From Chloroflexota bacterium (GTDB lineage Bacteria; Chloroflexota; Dehalococcoidia; Lucifugimonadales; GCA-2717565): a stretch of DNA of 52,670 nucleotides. Position 1 is the first letter of the stretch. Each line of letters begins with the position of its first letter. Of the stretch, positions 15,219 to 24,086 are shown piece after piece. The notes below the pieces were generated by a model. The model had not been told where the DNA came from, searched no databases, and saw only the letters and a list, made by a program, of their open reading frames with translations. The stretch spans positions 1-52,670 of the forward strand of contig PBAZ01000020.1 in the NCBI GenBank assembly GCA_002717565.1, written 5' to 3'. The position numbers and the translations under genes are program-made.

Positions 15219-17359
15219 CAGACCACATCCACCGGAACTTCGGTTGCGTACCCATCAATCGCAATCTTGAGAATGCGAGGCCCAAGGTAACCAGATGTCG
15301 GAGGCTTGCTCGTAGAGATTGCTGCCTGGAGATACCGGCTCTGAAAAGATCCTATGGGGATCTTTTTGTAGCCGGTATCGTCACCCAAATCCAAGGTGAT
15401 CTTGGCCTGCCCCGACGTAAAGGAGATCCCCTCCTCCGAGCGAGTAGTCCAGTCAGTCTTTGGTCCATCCAGGTCGTACTTGGGACCGATACCCTCATAA
15501 AGACTCACTGTTATGTCCGAATTGGCCACTATCGGGTACGAGGCAGAGAACTCGTTCTTGGCGGGAATGAACCAGATATGCAAGTACCGAGGCCAATTCT
15601 TGTCTATGGAGTCCCGCAAGATGAAATTTCGCGTGTACAGAGAGGCTGGTACACGGCCAAAGTAGAGCGTATCGCCGGCCGCAGGAGCCTGACTGAACCC
15701 AGGACTAATCAGGGTCACGACTGTTGCAGTATTGGAGGCGATAATCCGGGTCTCATTTAGCCCCACCGAGTAGCAAGGAGCACCCTTCATCTGATCCAGA
15801 GTGGCGTTTGTCTGCCCACTGATATTTGTCACATACAACCCACCCTCGGAAACAGTAAACACTGTTGCCGTGGGTGATGGGCTCGCAGCCACAGTACCAA
15901 CTGTCGTTACAATCGTCCCGTTACCATCAAGCTGCGGAAACCCCTCCACCGGGCTGGTGTCTGCCTTCCACACATACCCATTCTGGCCACCATAAGCTGC
16001 AAACTGGCCGCCAAGATCGAACGCTTGGCAAGAAGAACCCATCTGGACGTGGTGAATACCCGTTGTCCACTGCCTGGTGTCTGGGTAGAAGTCGACAAAG
16101 TATTGCCCAGAAAGACCCAGGGTCCAGCGAACAGCTCTCTCTTTTGGCGACCAACATACGTGCGGCAAAAGATCTTGGTTCTTCAGCAGCATGGGACGCA
16201 GGTAGGCGTCTACCGGTTCGGAGATGTGCGCCGGTCGCCCACCATCCCAGGCCCAGCACCCAGTGAAGTCCATTCCATAGACCACACCCTCAACCTCAAT
16301 AACGCAATTCGGATTTAGCGACCCCCGATTTGAACTAATAAGGGAGATCTGCGCGTCCGGTAGACGACCACCCACTGCCTCGAAAGGCTCATTCGTAAAC
16401 GTGAGCCTCTCCATGGTGTAGTAGCCACAGATGACAAGCTCATTGAAAAACGGAACAAGTGCCGTCGCCTGGTCTGTCCTGTCAAGCAGCACCTCAGAGA
16501 AAGATAGCGGTGCCCAACTCTCGGGACGGTTTGCCTGGGAGCAATAAAGCACGTTCAGCTTCTCGGGCTGTATTGCGTAGGCAATCCCACTACCACTCGA
16601 ACCTCCCCACGCAGAATCAAGGGAGATAGAAGTTGCGCTCGAATATCCACCAATCTTGGCGGTTCTTCCAGTGTCGCTTGGATTCAGGTATCGGCCAACC
16701 ACCGCAGCACTCCACTCAGTTGACGTGCCAGTAACCCCGGTTCCACCATTAGTGAGCTGTATTGTTCCGGTATTGTGAATGATGTGCCCGAGACCCCACA
16801 TTCTTCCACGATGAGAAGCTACGTGTCGGAAGTATGGAGGCACATCGTGACCGAAATCCCGATAAAGAATCGGAGCGCCAGAGAGGGATGCGTCAGAGAG
16901 ACTCAACACGATTGACGAGCCGCTATTAGAAACAGTACCGGCGGTATACCAGGCCGAACCATCAACAAGAGTCATCTCGACAATGATCTCGTCAACCTTT
17001 GAATCCGCAGAATGAACGATGTTTGCCGTACCAGAGGATGCTACAGCGAAAGTTAGCTGCTGTGCTCCAGCAACAACAGTAATCGAAACCTCGTTACTCG
17101 GGTTGCTCACAAATCCGGTACGACTATTCGTATACCTGTAACGAAACCGGTGGGTTCCTGGCTCTATCAACCCGCTCGCGGTGCTTGGCGTTGGGTTCCA
17201 GTCCTGGGGACAGGCGTCTATGCCTGCATCCTGGGCAGCACTCGTAATGCCATCCCAAAGCCACATCTTGTCCCAGTCGTTCGCAGCGTAAGATACACCC
17301 ATAAACGTAGCGAAGGTGGTTCGATGGCGTGTCGATAGCCCGCTCTTTAGTGTCGTCAT
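15218..17359 (-). CDS. large tail protein (tail tubular B / nozzle-like by position and size)
   Basis: 713 aa, beta-rich composition. It lies downstream of the adaptor-like gene and upstream of the internal-protein genes, as in podovirus-type modules. Assigned by position only. Confidence 0.4.
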   Translation of the reverse strand: MTTLKSGLSTRHRTTFATFMGVSYAANDWDKMWLWDGITSAAQDAGIDACPQDWNPTPSTASGLIEPGTHRFRYRYTNSRTGFVSNPSNEVSITVVAGAQQLTFAVASSGTANIVHSADSKVDEIIVEMTLVDGSAWYTAGTVSNSGSSIVLSLSDASLSGAPILYRDFGHDVPPYFRHVASHRGRMWGLGHIIHNTGTIQLTNGGTGVTGTSTEWSAAVVGRYLNPSDTGRTAKIGGYSSATSISLDSAWGGSSGSGIAYAIQPEKLNVLYCSQANRPESWAPLSFSEVLLDRTDQATALVPFFNELVICGYYTMERLTFTNEPFEAVGGRLPDAQISLISSNRGSLNPNCVIEVEGVVYGMDFTGCWAWDGGRPAHISEPVDAYLRPMLLKNQDLLPHVCWSPKERAVRWTLGLSGQYFVDFYPDTRQWTTGIHHVQMGSSCQAFDLGGQFAAYGGQNGYVWKADTSPVEGFPQLDGNGTIVTTVGTVAASPSPTATVFTVSEGGLYVTNISGQTNATLDQMKGAPCYSVGLNETRIIASNTATVVTLISPGFSQAPAAGDTLYFGRVPASLYTRNFILRDSIDKNWPRYLHIWFIPAKNEFSASYPIVANSDITVSLYEGIGPKYDLDGPKTDWTTRSEEGISFTSGQAKITLDLGDDTGYKKIPIGSFQSRYLQAAISTSKPPTSGYLGPRILKIAIDGYATEVPVDVV

Positions 17360-17703
17360 TCTTGTGGCTCCGGGTTGGCGAAGCCTTCCGCAACACCGTT
17401 GGCAATAAAGATCAGGTTGGAGAGACGGACCGCACCATTCTCATACTGGGAGGCAAAGTTCTGGGAGCCACTCCCAAGAGGAAGGAACTGGTGGACAGCA
17501 TCAATCTTTGAGCCAGAGGCCGCCTGAGCAACACCACCACCAACACGAACGACCCCAAGCCTCTGGCCCCAGCTTCCAACCTGATTGTGTCGACCGTTCT
17601 CATCAATAACAAAGAAGCCATCGGCCAGCTTGGTCGGGGCTACCCCCTGATCCATGCCATTGAAAACGCTAACCTCTGCTCTTGAGAACCTTCCCTCACC
17701 CAT
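17356..17703 (-). CDS. hypothetical virion-module protein
   Basis: 115-aa ORF with a 4-nt overlap with the downstream gene. Confidence 0.5.
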   Translation of the reverse strand: MGEGRFSRAEVSVFNGMDQGVAPTKLADGFFVIDENGRHNQVGSWGQRLGVVRVGGGVAQAASGSKIDAVHQFLPLGSGSQNFASQYENGAVRLSNLIFIANGVAEGFANPEPQE

Positions 17704-17705
17704 GG

Positions 17706-18584
17706 CTAAGTAATGCTCCCCCTGCGGATCTGCATGTTAGGAATGATCGGCATACCCAGAACATCCAGACGAGCGGTTCTGCGGGTGAACTGCCGGGTGT
17801 TATCCATAGCCTTGTATTCCATCAGCGTCTGCTGAAAAACACTGGCTCTTTCTGCCAAAAGTTTCCCGGTCCTGACCCCGATCTCGTAGTCGATAGCCCG
17901 ATACGCCAAGTCCACCCAATCCTCAACCCAATCCATGGTATCGCCATCGGTAGTCAAGGCGGTAGGCCAGCGGTAATAGAGAAAGTCGATTACCTTCGCC
18001 TCATCAGGATACGGCCAGACCTTCATCTTCCGATTCCCAACGATGGTGTAGAAGGTTGGAGTCCCCGTGTCATCGTTGTTCGTTAGCTGATAGAACTCGA
18101 AATCAGTGGGAACCATGTACCACAGAAACTGATCTTCGCTTTCGTGGTCGTACATCTTTCGGAAGTCTGAAGGCAGATCGTACACGTAGTAATAGAGCTT
18201 GTACGTTCCACCCGAAACATTCGAGTCGAGCCACTTCTGACCATCCTTGAACGTCACCTGGGTTCCGCTGTCTCGTGTCTTCACCTCAAACTGGACGTTT
18301 GAGTTGGCATCTACCACGATGTGATTCCCAACCGCGTCGAGAGGCCAAGTCCCCCCCGACAGCGTGAGAGCAGTAGCGTTCGTGTTGATAGACACGGTCC
18401 CGGTATCGTACTTGACCGCCGTGTTCACACGCCCGGTCTTCAGGTAGAAAGACCAGTCGTGTGCCCTGGCTATTCTCCTGAACGCATCGTTGACAAACCT
18501 GCCAATCTCCCGAACCGCCTTCGTGTCGGTCGAGTCGTGGTAATTGTCCTGAGCGTAGGTTTTCAGATTTGCATACGTTGTCAT
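17706..18584 (-). CDS. virion protein (head-tail adaptor / tail tubular A-like by position)
   Basis: 292 aa. Assigned by position only. Confidence 0.4.
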   Translation of the reverse strand: MTTYANLKTYAQDNYHDSTDTKAVREIGRFVNDAFRRIARAHDWSFYLKTGRVNTAVKYDTGTVSINTNATALTLSGGTWPLDAVGNHIVVDANSNVQFEVKTRDSGTQVTFKDGQKWLDSNVSGGTYKLYYYVYDLPSDFRKMYDHESEDQFLWYMVPTDFEFYQLTNNDDTGTPTFYTIVGNRKMKVWPYPDEAKVIDFLYYRWPTALTTDGDTMDWVEDWVDLAYRAIDYEIGVRTGKLLAERASVFQQTLMEYKAMDNTRQFTRRTARLDVLGMPIIPNMQIRRGSIT

Positions 18585-18796
18585 TCGTATCTCACGGTGT
18601 TGACCTTGACGGCAGTGCGGCTGGCTGTGTACCCGAGAGCACCCAGGACAGAGACGACAGCACCAATTGCCTTGCCAACAGTAGATGTTTCGGAAACAAC
18701 ATCGCCAGCCACGATTGCGCCGCAGATAACTGCGACCAAACTCAGCCAGAACTCAGTACTCTGCCACCCAGGTTTTGTAGGTTTCTTGCTACTCAT
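18581..18796 (-). CDS. holin-like small membrane protein
   Basis: 71 aa. Two hydrophobic stretches (FWLSLVAVICGAIVAG and VGKAIGAVVSVLGALGY), basic N-terminus. Confidence 0.5.
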   Translation of the reverse strand: MSSKKPTKPGWQSTEFWLSLVAVICGAIVAGDVVSETSTVGKAIGAVVSVLGALGYTASRTAVKVNTVRYE

Positions 18797-19161
18797 TTAT
18801 CTGCCTTTTCTCTTTTGAGTCTCTCGGCTCTTCGCCTGAGATTTTCGAGTCTTGTTTCTTCTGTCTCATCCATGGTTGAGCTAATGCGCTCTTGCTCTTC
18901 GAGGACCGTGCCCAATTGCTCCTCATCAAGAAGGCCTTGGTCCAATAGGATTTCTCCAACTCGTGGGACCGCACGGCCATTACCGCGAAACGTCTCCTGC
19001 AACGACAGGGCCTGCTGTAGTTGCTTTTGAGTAATGACCCCAAGAACTTGCGCAATCTCCCCAAACATGGACGCCACGGGGGAAATCTGCAAACCGAATA
19101 GCTTCATAGCATAAACGCGCATTCGGTTTCTTTGCAATTCGGTCTCGCTCGTATTCATCAT
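18793..19161 (-). CDS. small protein with tandem T2SSE_N / MshEN-like motifs
   Basis: 122 aa. Motifs FGEIAQVLGVITQKQLQQALSLQ and RVGEILLDQGLLDEEQLGTVLEEQ fit (R)LGxxLLxxGLLxxxxLxxxLxxQ. Charged coiled-coil tail. Confidence 0.55.
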   Translation of the reverse strand: MMNTSETELQRNRMRVYAMKLFGLQISPVASMFGEIAQVLGVITQKQLQQALSLQETFRGNGRAVPRVGEILLDQGLLDEEQLGTVLEEQERISSTMDETEETRLENLRRRAERLKREKADK

Positions 19162-19448
19162 CCCCCACCGTCATCTATCTTCTCCAGAACTCTCTCCATA
19201 ATCTCAGTTGATGTGTCCAACGTGGACTTCACCTTTGAGGTCATATTCGTGTATGTACGCACCACTTCTTTATAGTCAGACAACTGCTGATTCAACAACA
19301 CATGATACCTGCTGCGAATGTCTTGCAACTCATCACGCATGACATCTGCCTCTTTCGACATTCGCACTAATATGAACTTGTACACAATGCCCCCGAGGAT
19401 GAGGACAGATATACCGAGTATGCCGTATTCTAAAAATGCTCTTTCCAT
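19158..19448 (-). CDS. N-terminally membrane-anchored coiled-coil protein (lysis-cassette candidate)
   Basis: 96 aa. N-terminal hydrophobic segment GILGISVLILGGIVYKFILV, then a helical charged region. Confidence 0.45.
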   Translation of the reverse strand: MERAFLEYGILGISVLILGGIVYKFILVRMSKEADVMRDELQDIRSRYHVLLNQQLSDYKEVVRTYTNMTSKVKSTLDTSTEIMERVLEKIDDGGG

Positions 19449-19454
19449 AGGAGA

Positions 19455-19886
19455 TCACACTATTGGTCCCATCTGTTCCGAAACCCAATCTTCATCGGTC
19501 CAAGCCCCACCTTCATACTTTGAACGCTTTATCCACCTAATCTCTGGATTCGATCCCCACGTAAATAACACCAAAACAAAGAAGCCTGTGACAAGATCGT
19601 CATGACCAAGGTGACAACCCTCGCAAACAAACTCATCACACCGGACAGAATACGGAATACTATCAGGGAGAGTCACTCCGAAATCCTCCCACGACGGCAT
19701 TGGTCGTCTTGCAAGGTCCGGATCAACCGTTCCGCTAACCCCATTGCGCGGAAGCTCTTGTGGATTTTGTCGACCTTGCCAATATCTAGTGTGGGACTCG
19801 GCCCACTCCTCCTGTAGAGGCAGTAGTGTTACCTTCAGTGCCTCCAATTGAATCTCTGCTGATGCCTTGACGGTTTCGATACTCAT
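19455..19886 (-). CDS. hypothetical protein
   Basis: 143-aa ORF, in operon. Confidence 0.5.
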   Translation of the reverse strand: MSIETVKASAEIQLEALKVTLLPLQEEWAESHTRYWQGRQNPQELPRNGVSGTVDPDLARRPMPSWEDFGVTLPDSIPYSVRCDEFVCEGCHLGHDDLVTGFFVLVLFTWGSNPEIRWIKRSKYEGGAWTDEDWVSEQMGPIV

Positions 19887-20905
19887 CAGAACGGATAGCC
19901 TCCACCACCGAGGGTCGTGTTATAGATTTCCAAAACCTCCGCATCAGTTATAACGCGATCCCAATAACCGACCATTGCCAGTCTCCCTGTCGCTGTGCCC
20001 GCTCCACCGAATGTAATTCCTGCGCCAGTTTGCAAAGATTCCCCGCAGCAATCTTGAGTTCCTGTTTCCGCAATCGACCCTGACCCCGCAGACCCGGAAA
20101 CACGATTCACTCTTTTACCGTTGACCCATGAACCAACAGAGCCATCGCTCTCATAACCATGCCCGTAGTACCTAAAAGCGAAAAAGTACCAAGTGGAATC
20201 AGACAGCCCACTACCCGACGTATTGGCAAGTCGCCAATACGACCCATTCGCTTTTACGCCGCAGTGCATCTGATGACCACCCGACGGATATTTGTAGCAT
20301 TGCCACTGATTCGTATCTCCCATGATCCAAGTATGGGCCCCGGACGCCATGTAAACCCAAAAGGTGCAGGTGAATGGATAATACGTTTCTGGACCCGCTC
20401 CAGTAGATTCCGCAACAGTCCGAAAATACGAATCAGTTGAGTGGACGTAATTGCTATCACCCGCAGACACTCCCATCGAAGTTTCTGAGACTCCTGCTGG
20501 ACCAGTTTCGCTCGTTGGAGAATTGACTGCCGTCAGCGTCTTGCCGGTAACCGAGTCAGCATACTCACCACCCGCCAAAGGGAACCACCATTTGAGACCT
20601 TCGAGAATCGGGTTTGCGCCAGCAGCACCCTGTGCGGGCTCAAACCCACGGGCCTTCCCGTCGGCACCCCGATAGTGACCAAAATCTGGATCAAAGCTCA
20701 TCCAACCTTCCCCTTCTTCCTCTTCTTCAGAATGTGCAGAAGCCTCATTTGTCTTTCCGCAGACTTTCTCGTCTTGTGGCGTCCAAACACAGTCCCCGTT
20801 TCCGAGTTCCTTAGAACGAACTTCCCACCAGATTTTGAGATCGCGTAGGGCATTTGAATCCCCTCTGATCAGATGATCCCAATCAGATTCCTCCCGAACA
20901 GACAT
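19886..20905 (-). CDS. LamG/concanavalin-A-like lectin-domain protein (receptor-binding / fibre candidate)
   Basis: The C-terminal half has the LamG-like pattern ...WYFFAFRYYG...GSWVNGKRV...ITFGG...GRLAMVGYWDRVITDAEVLEIYN. The start is set at the internal ATG (MSVREES...) to limit overlap with 20883..21212, so it is uncertain. Confidence 0.55.
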   Translation of the reverse strand: MSVREESDWDHLIRGDSNALRDLKIWWEVRSKELGNGDCVWTPQDEKVCGKTNEASAHSEEEEEGEGWMSFDPDFGHYRGADGKARGFEPAQGAAGANPILEGLKWWFPLAGGEYADSVTGKTLTAVNSPTSETGPAGVSETSMGVSAGDSNYVHSTDSYFRTVAESTGAGPETYYPFTCTFWVYMASGAHTWIMGDTNQWQCYKYPSGGHQMHCGVKANGSYWRLANTSGSGLSDSTWYFFAFRYYGHGYESDGSVGSWVNGKRVNRVSGSAGSGSIAETGTQDCCGESLQTGAGITFGGAGTATGRLAMVGYWDRVITDAEVLEIYNTTLGGGGYPF

Positions 20906-21212
20906 CCCGAACAGAACACCAGAGTACCGTGGCTGATCCCGACGGTTGCAGGTTATACGTGTACGAACTATGAGCCGGAAACGTAAACGTATGACCAGCA
21001 TTTGCAGTCAAATTGCTATCGTCATTCAAAACAACAGTTACCGTTGTTCCACCCGATTTTATCAGCAAATTCAACTTAACAGCAGCAGACACCGCAACAC
21101 CAATGGTAAAAACAGAATCTGGCCCCTGAGGAACCAGATCAGAACCAAAAATATCAGCGGAACCACCGTTTGCCGTGTTGAACACAGGCGTAAAAGCATT
21201 AATCCTCGACAT
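20883..21212 (-). CDS. hypothetical small beta-rich virion protein
   Basis: 109-aa ORF downstream of the capsid and decoration genes. Confidence 0.5.
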   Translation of the reverse strand: MSRINAFTPVFNTANGGSADIFGSDLVPQGPDSVFTIGVAVSAAVKLNLLIKSGGTTVTVVLNDDSNLTANAGHTFTFPAHSSYTYNLQPSGSATVLWCSVRDVCSGGI

Positions 21213-21268
21213 GTATATCTCCCAAGACTAGAGGTCGAGCCCGAAAGCTCGACCCCCAAATCTTTGAA

Positions 21269-21763
21269 TTAATTCAAGACCCTCAAAAGTTGGACCTGAT
21301 ATTCATCATCTGCCGAGGCCGCCGCAGTGATAGCCTGACCACAGACGATGGCTTCCGTAAAGGTCGAACCAGCAGCCACATGGCGCTTGGTTTTTCCGCT
21401 ATCGGAATCATCATCTGGACCAATGCCGTCACCAACGGTAATAGCAGTACCATCGTCTCCACGAATCGCAGTAGTTAAACCGCCGATTTGCATGAGAAAA
21501 TAATCGCTATTGGCCGGACCAGTCGCACTCTGCTCAGTCGGAACAAATCCACAGATTTCCTCCGTCGCAGCGTCAACTCGTTCGACAGTATAAGCGGTCC
21601 GACTCACCCAAGTCAGAGCGGAACAGCGGGGAACCGCTGCGCCGTCCGCATTGAGAACGAGCCTATACGAATTGCCATTTGGCAGAACAAAAACAGCACC
21701 CAGCGCATCAGTATTGATTTCGGTCGTACTATGCGAGAGAGCCAGTGGTAATGAAGTAGCCAT
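21269..21763 (-). CDS. head decoration-like protein (tentative)
   Basis: Internal ATG (MATSLPLAL...) preceded by AAAGGAGAG. 164 aa, immediately downstream of the capsid gene. Gly/Ala/Asp-rich. Confidence 0.4.
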   Translation of the reverse strand: MATSLPLALSHSTTEINTDALGAVFVLPNGNSYRLVLNADGAAVPRCSALTWVSRTAYTVERVDAATEEICGFVPTEQSATGPANSDYFLMQIGGLTTAIRGDDGTAITVGDGIGPDDDSDSGKTKRHVAAGSTFTEAIVCGQAITAAASADDEYQVQLLRVLN

Positions 21764-21780
21764 ATTACTTACTCTCCTTT

Positions 21781-22839
21781 CTAAGCGAAGCTTTTGAATG
21801 CACAGAACTTGCGAGGGGAGATCCACTTGCAATTTCCGAAAGTAGACAACAAGAACTTATGAGCGAGTTGATCCTCATCGAAAACCATACGACCAGTTGC
21901 AATCGTATCGTTCAGGAAGAGGAGTTGCATCGCACTGAAGTTCAGTCCGTATCCGATTACCGTATCAGTCGCGGCTTGTTCATCAACGGTTGGTACATCA
22001 ATATCCCAAGTGACCGGACAGCCGTCGATTTCGACGTGATCGCCAAAACCCATTGCCATCAGATCCGCATTTTTGGAAGAAGCGATAATCCGCTCACTAC
22101 CATCAATGAGATTGAGAAGATCGACATAGGAACCACGATTCAAGAGAACCAAGTCCAGCTTGTCGTCGTGTCCAAAAGTGGTGTGCTTGATTCCGGTGCG
22201 AAGACGCTCCAGACCTCCCGCTGCCCACTCGGTCGAGTTGTACCCAGTATTCACAAGGACCGGACTCCAGAAATCGTACTCAGGAGAATTGTCGGTAGCA
22301 GATCCACCGTAGGTTCCCTTGACGCTACTAATGCCCGCATAAGAGCCAGCATTCGTTCCGATTTCATCGCCGTTCGCAGTACCGGATTCGTTCATGATCG
22401 TGTCAATGCCTTGGAACCGTTTCGAGTTCGCAGCAAGGTCACCATCAATGAAAAGCTCACCACAGAAGCGGCGCTTCCAGGCGGCTTTCATCCGATCCAA
22501 CTTGTCCTCGATGATATTAACAATCGCCGCTTTGCCACGATTCATCAGCTTTTCCTTCTCGGAAACAGCGTCAGTCATGACATAGCCACGATAATCAATC
22601 GTCGCCTTTTTCTCAGTGACAACACGAGCGAAATTAATCGTTTCCATGTCACCGTAACCAGTCAACTCATGGTCTTTAAAACCAACAGTCCAACTGGTTT
22701 GAGGGGCTGAAACATTGAATTTCAACCGCTTTTTCTTTTCGAGCATCGCAAGAGCCACGCGGTTCTTGATCTGCTCTTCGTGTAAGCCCTTCGCCCAGTC
22801 TTCAATCGACGTGGCTAAGACTCGTTCAAATTCAGCCAT
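21781..22839 (-). CDS. major capsid protein
   Basis: 352 aa, directly downstream of the scaffold-like gene and the portal. Size and position are typical of HK97-fold capsid genes. A long antisense ORF (21859..22710) is typical of a real highly expressed gene. Confidence 0.65.
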   Translation of the reverse strand: MAEFERVLATSIEDWAKGLHEEQIKNRVALAMLEKKKRLKFNVSAPQTSWTVGFKDHELTGYGDMETINFARVVTEKKATIDYRGYVMTDAVSEKEKLMNRGKAAIVNIIEDKLDRMKAAWKRRFCGELFIDGDLAANSKRFQGIDTIMNESGTANGDEIGTNAGSYAGISSVKGTYGGSATDNSPEYDFWSPVLVNTGYNSTEWAAGGLERLRTGIKHTTFGHDDKLDLVLLNRGSYVDLLNLIDGSERIIASSKNADLMAMGFGDHVEIDGCPVTWDIDVPTVDEQAATDTVIGYGLNFSAMQLLFLNDTIATGRMVFDEDQLAHKFLLSTFGNCKWISPRKFCAFKSFA

Positions 22840-22851
22840 CTATTTTGTCTC

Positions 22852-23769
22852 CTAAAGTTTAGAAGACGCCCCCAAAGAACTCTCTTCACCAAAGACAGCA
22901 CCAACAGAATCGGAGACATCATTAAAGATTTCCCCAAAACTCTTTCCACTCGGATCTGGACGATTCGAGCTTGATGGTCCGCCACTGCGCTGAGAGCGAC
23001 TAGAGGAACGTCCTTTTAGTCGATCTTTCTTGCGCTGGAGTTCATCCTTCTGTGATTCCACCTCTTTGCGTTCCGACGCAACTTTCCGAAGTTGAATGAG
23101 TTCTCTTGCAGCAGCGGTTGGTACACCAGACCGCAGCAAATCCTGAAACTCACCCATGTTATCCTTCAGTTCGTCAGCATGTTCCCGCCAAAAAGAGGCA
23201 GCACCCATTTGTGCCTCTAGTTCCGCAAAACGATTTCCAATCATCTGCTCGACGACAGGTGCAACCATGTCTTCAGCAAATTGATGTGGATTCGTTTGCC
23301 ATGAGCGCCACTTTTGATTGTAGTAGTTGAGGTATTCCTCCGCTCTACTACGTTCCTGAACGGGTAAAGCATCCCATCCCTCAGTCCCTAAAAGATCAAT
23401 AGCTCTTTGAACACTACCAATCTCATGTGGTGGATTCCATACAGGTTCAGGCTGAGAAGCTTGTTCTTGCCCTTTTTGCCACTTATCAAAAGCGTCCCAC
23501 TGCGGAGCAATGTGACGACCTAAAGTGGCATAATCATCCTGCTGGGAAATCTTTTTTTGCGCTTCCCTATAGGCACTTTCTAGGTCTTCGACAGAACGAT
23601 ATTTGTCTGCATACAGTTCCAATTCTTCATCATCATCAACCATATCTGGAGACGTATCGTCATCAAACGGATCTTCAAATGGGGTCGTGACTTCAGAGTC
23701 TTGGGGCTCATCTTCGATGGTATCCTCAAGGGCATCGAGTTCAGAGGTGTCCCGTTCTTCATCGGACAT
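22852..23769 (-). CDS. scaffolding protein
   Basis: 305 aa. Very acidic N-terminus, helical charged middle, Ser/Arg-rich C-terminus. Lies between the portal and capsid genes. Confidence 0.55.
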   Translation of the reverse strand: MSDEERDTSELDALEDTIEDEPQDSEVTTPFEDPFDDDTSPDMVDDDEELELYADKYRSVEDLESAYREAQKKISQQDDYATLGRHIAPQWDAFDKWQKGQEQASQPEPVWNPPHEIGSVQRAIDLLGTEGWDALPVQERSRAEEYLNYYNQKWRSWQTNPHQFAEDMVAPVVEQMIGNRFAELEAQMGAASFWREHADELKDNMGEFQDLLRSGVPTAAARELIQLRKVASERKEVESQKDELQRKKDRLKGRSSSRSQRSGGPSSSNRPDPSGKSFGEIFNDVSDSVGAVFGEESSLGASSKL

Positions 23770-24039
23770 CTATGCTTTCCTCCAGTTTGTATCAAAGGTT
23801 TCCGAAAAACTTTCCGCAGAGTGTTCCCGGCGAATGCCAGGAAGAACATCCTCTACGTTTCTAATTGTTTTCCCCTGAGCTTCTGCCTTCCTTTCAGCTT
23901 CTGCCATAGAGGTAACATTAGCTCTAGGATCATTGGGAAATTTGGCAAGACTCGAAATGTAACGAGTTTCTCCAGCAGGATGTCGAATAATCGCCCCTGG
24001 TGCCTGTCGAGCCTCTATCATTTCTTTAATCTTATCCAT
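23770..24039 (-). CDS. hypothetical protein
   Basis: Internal ATG (MDKIKEMIEARQ...) preceded by AGGAGG. 89 aa. Confidence 0.5.
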   Translation of the reverse strand: MDKIKEMIEARQAPGAIIRHPAGETRYISSLAKFPNDPRANVTSMAEAERKAEAQGKTIRNVEDVLPGIRREHSAESFSETFDTNWRKA

Positions 24040-24086
24040 CTCAATCCTCCTATAACTACAGATCATTGTAATGATCGATCATCATC

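Noticed and set aside
21859-22710. 283-aa + strand ORF
   Set aside because: It is entirely antisense to the capsid gene 21781..22839, which has the RBS, operon context and expected size. It has no start context of its own.
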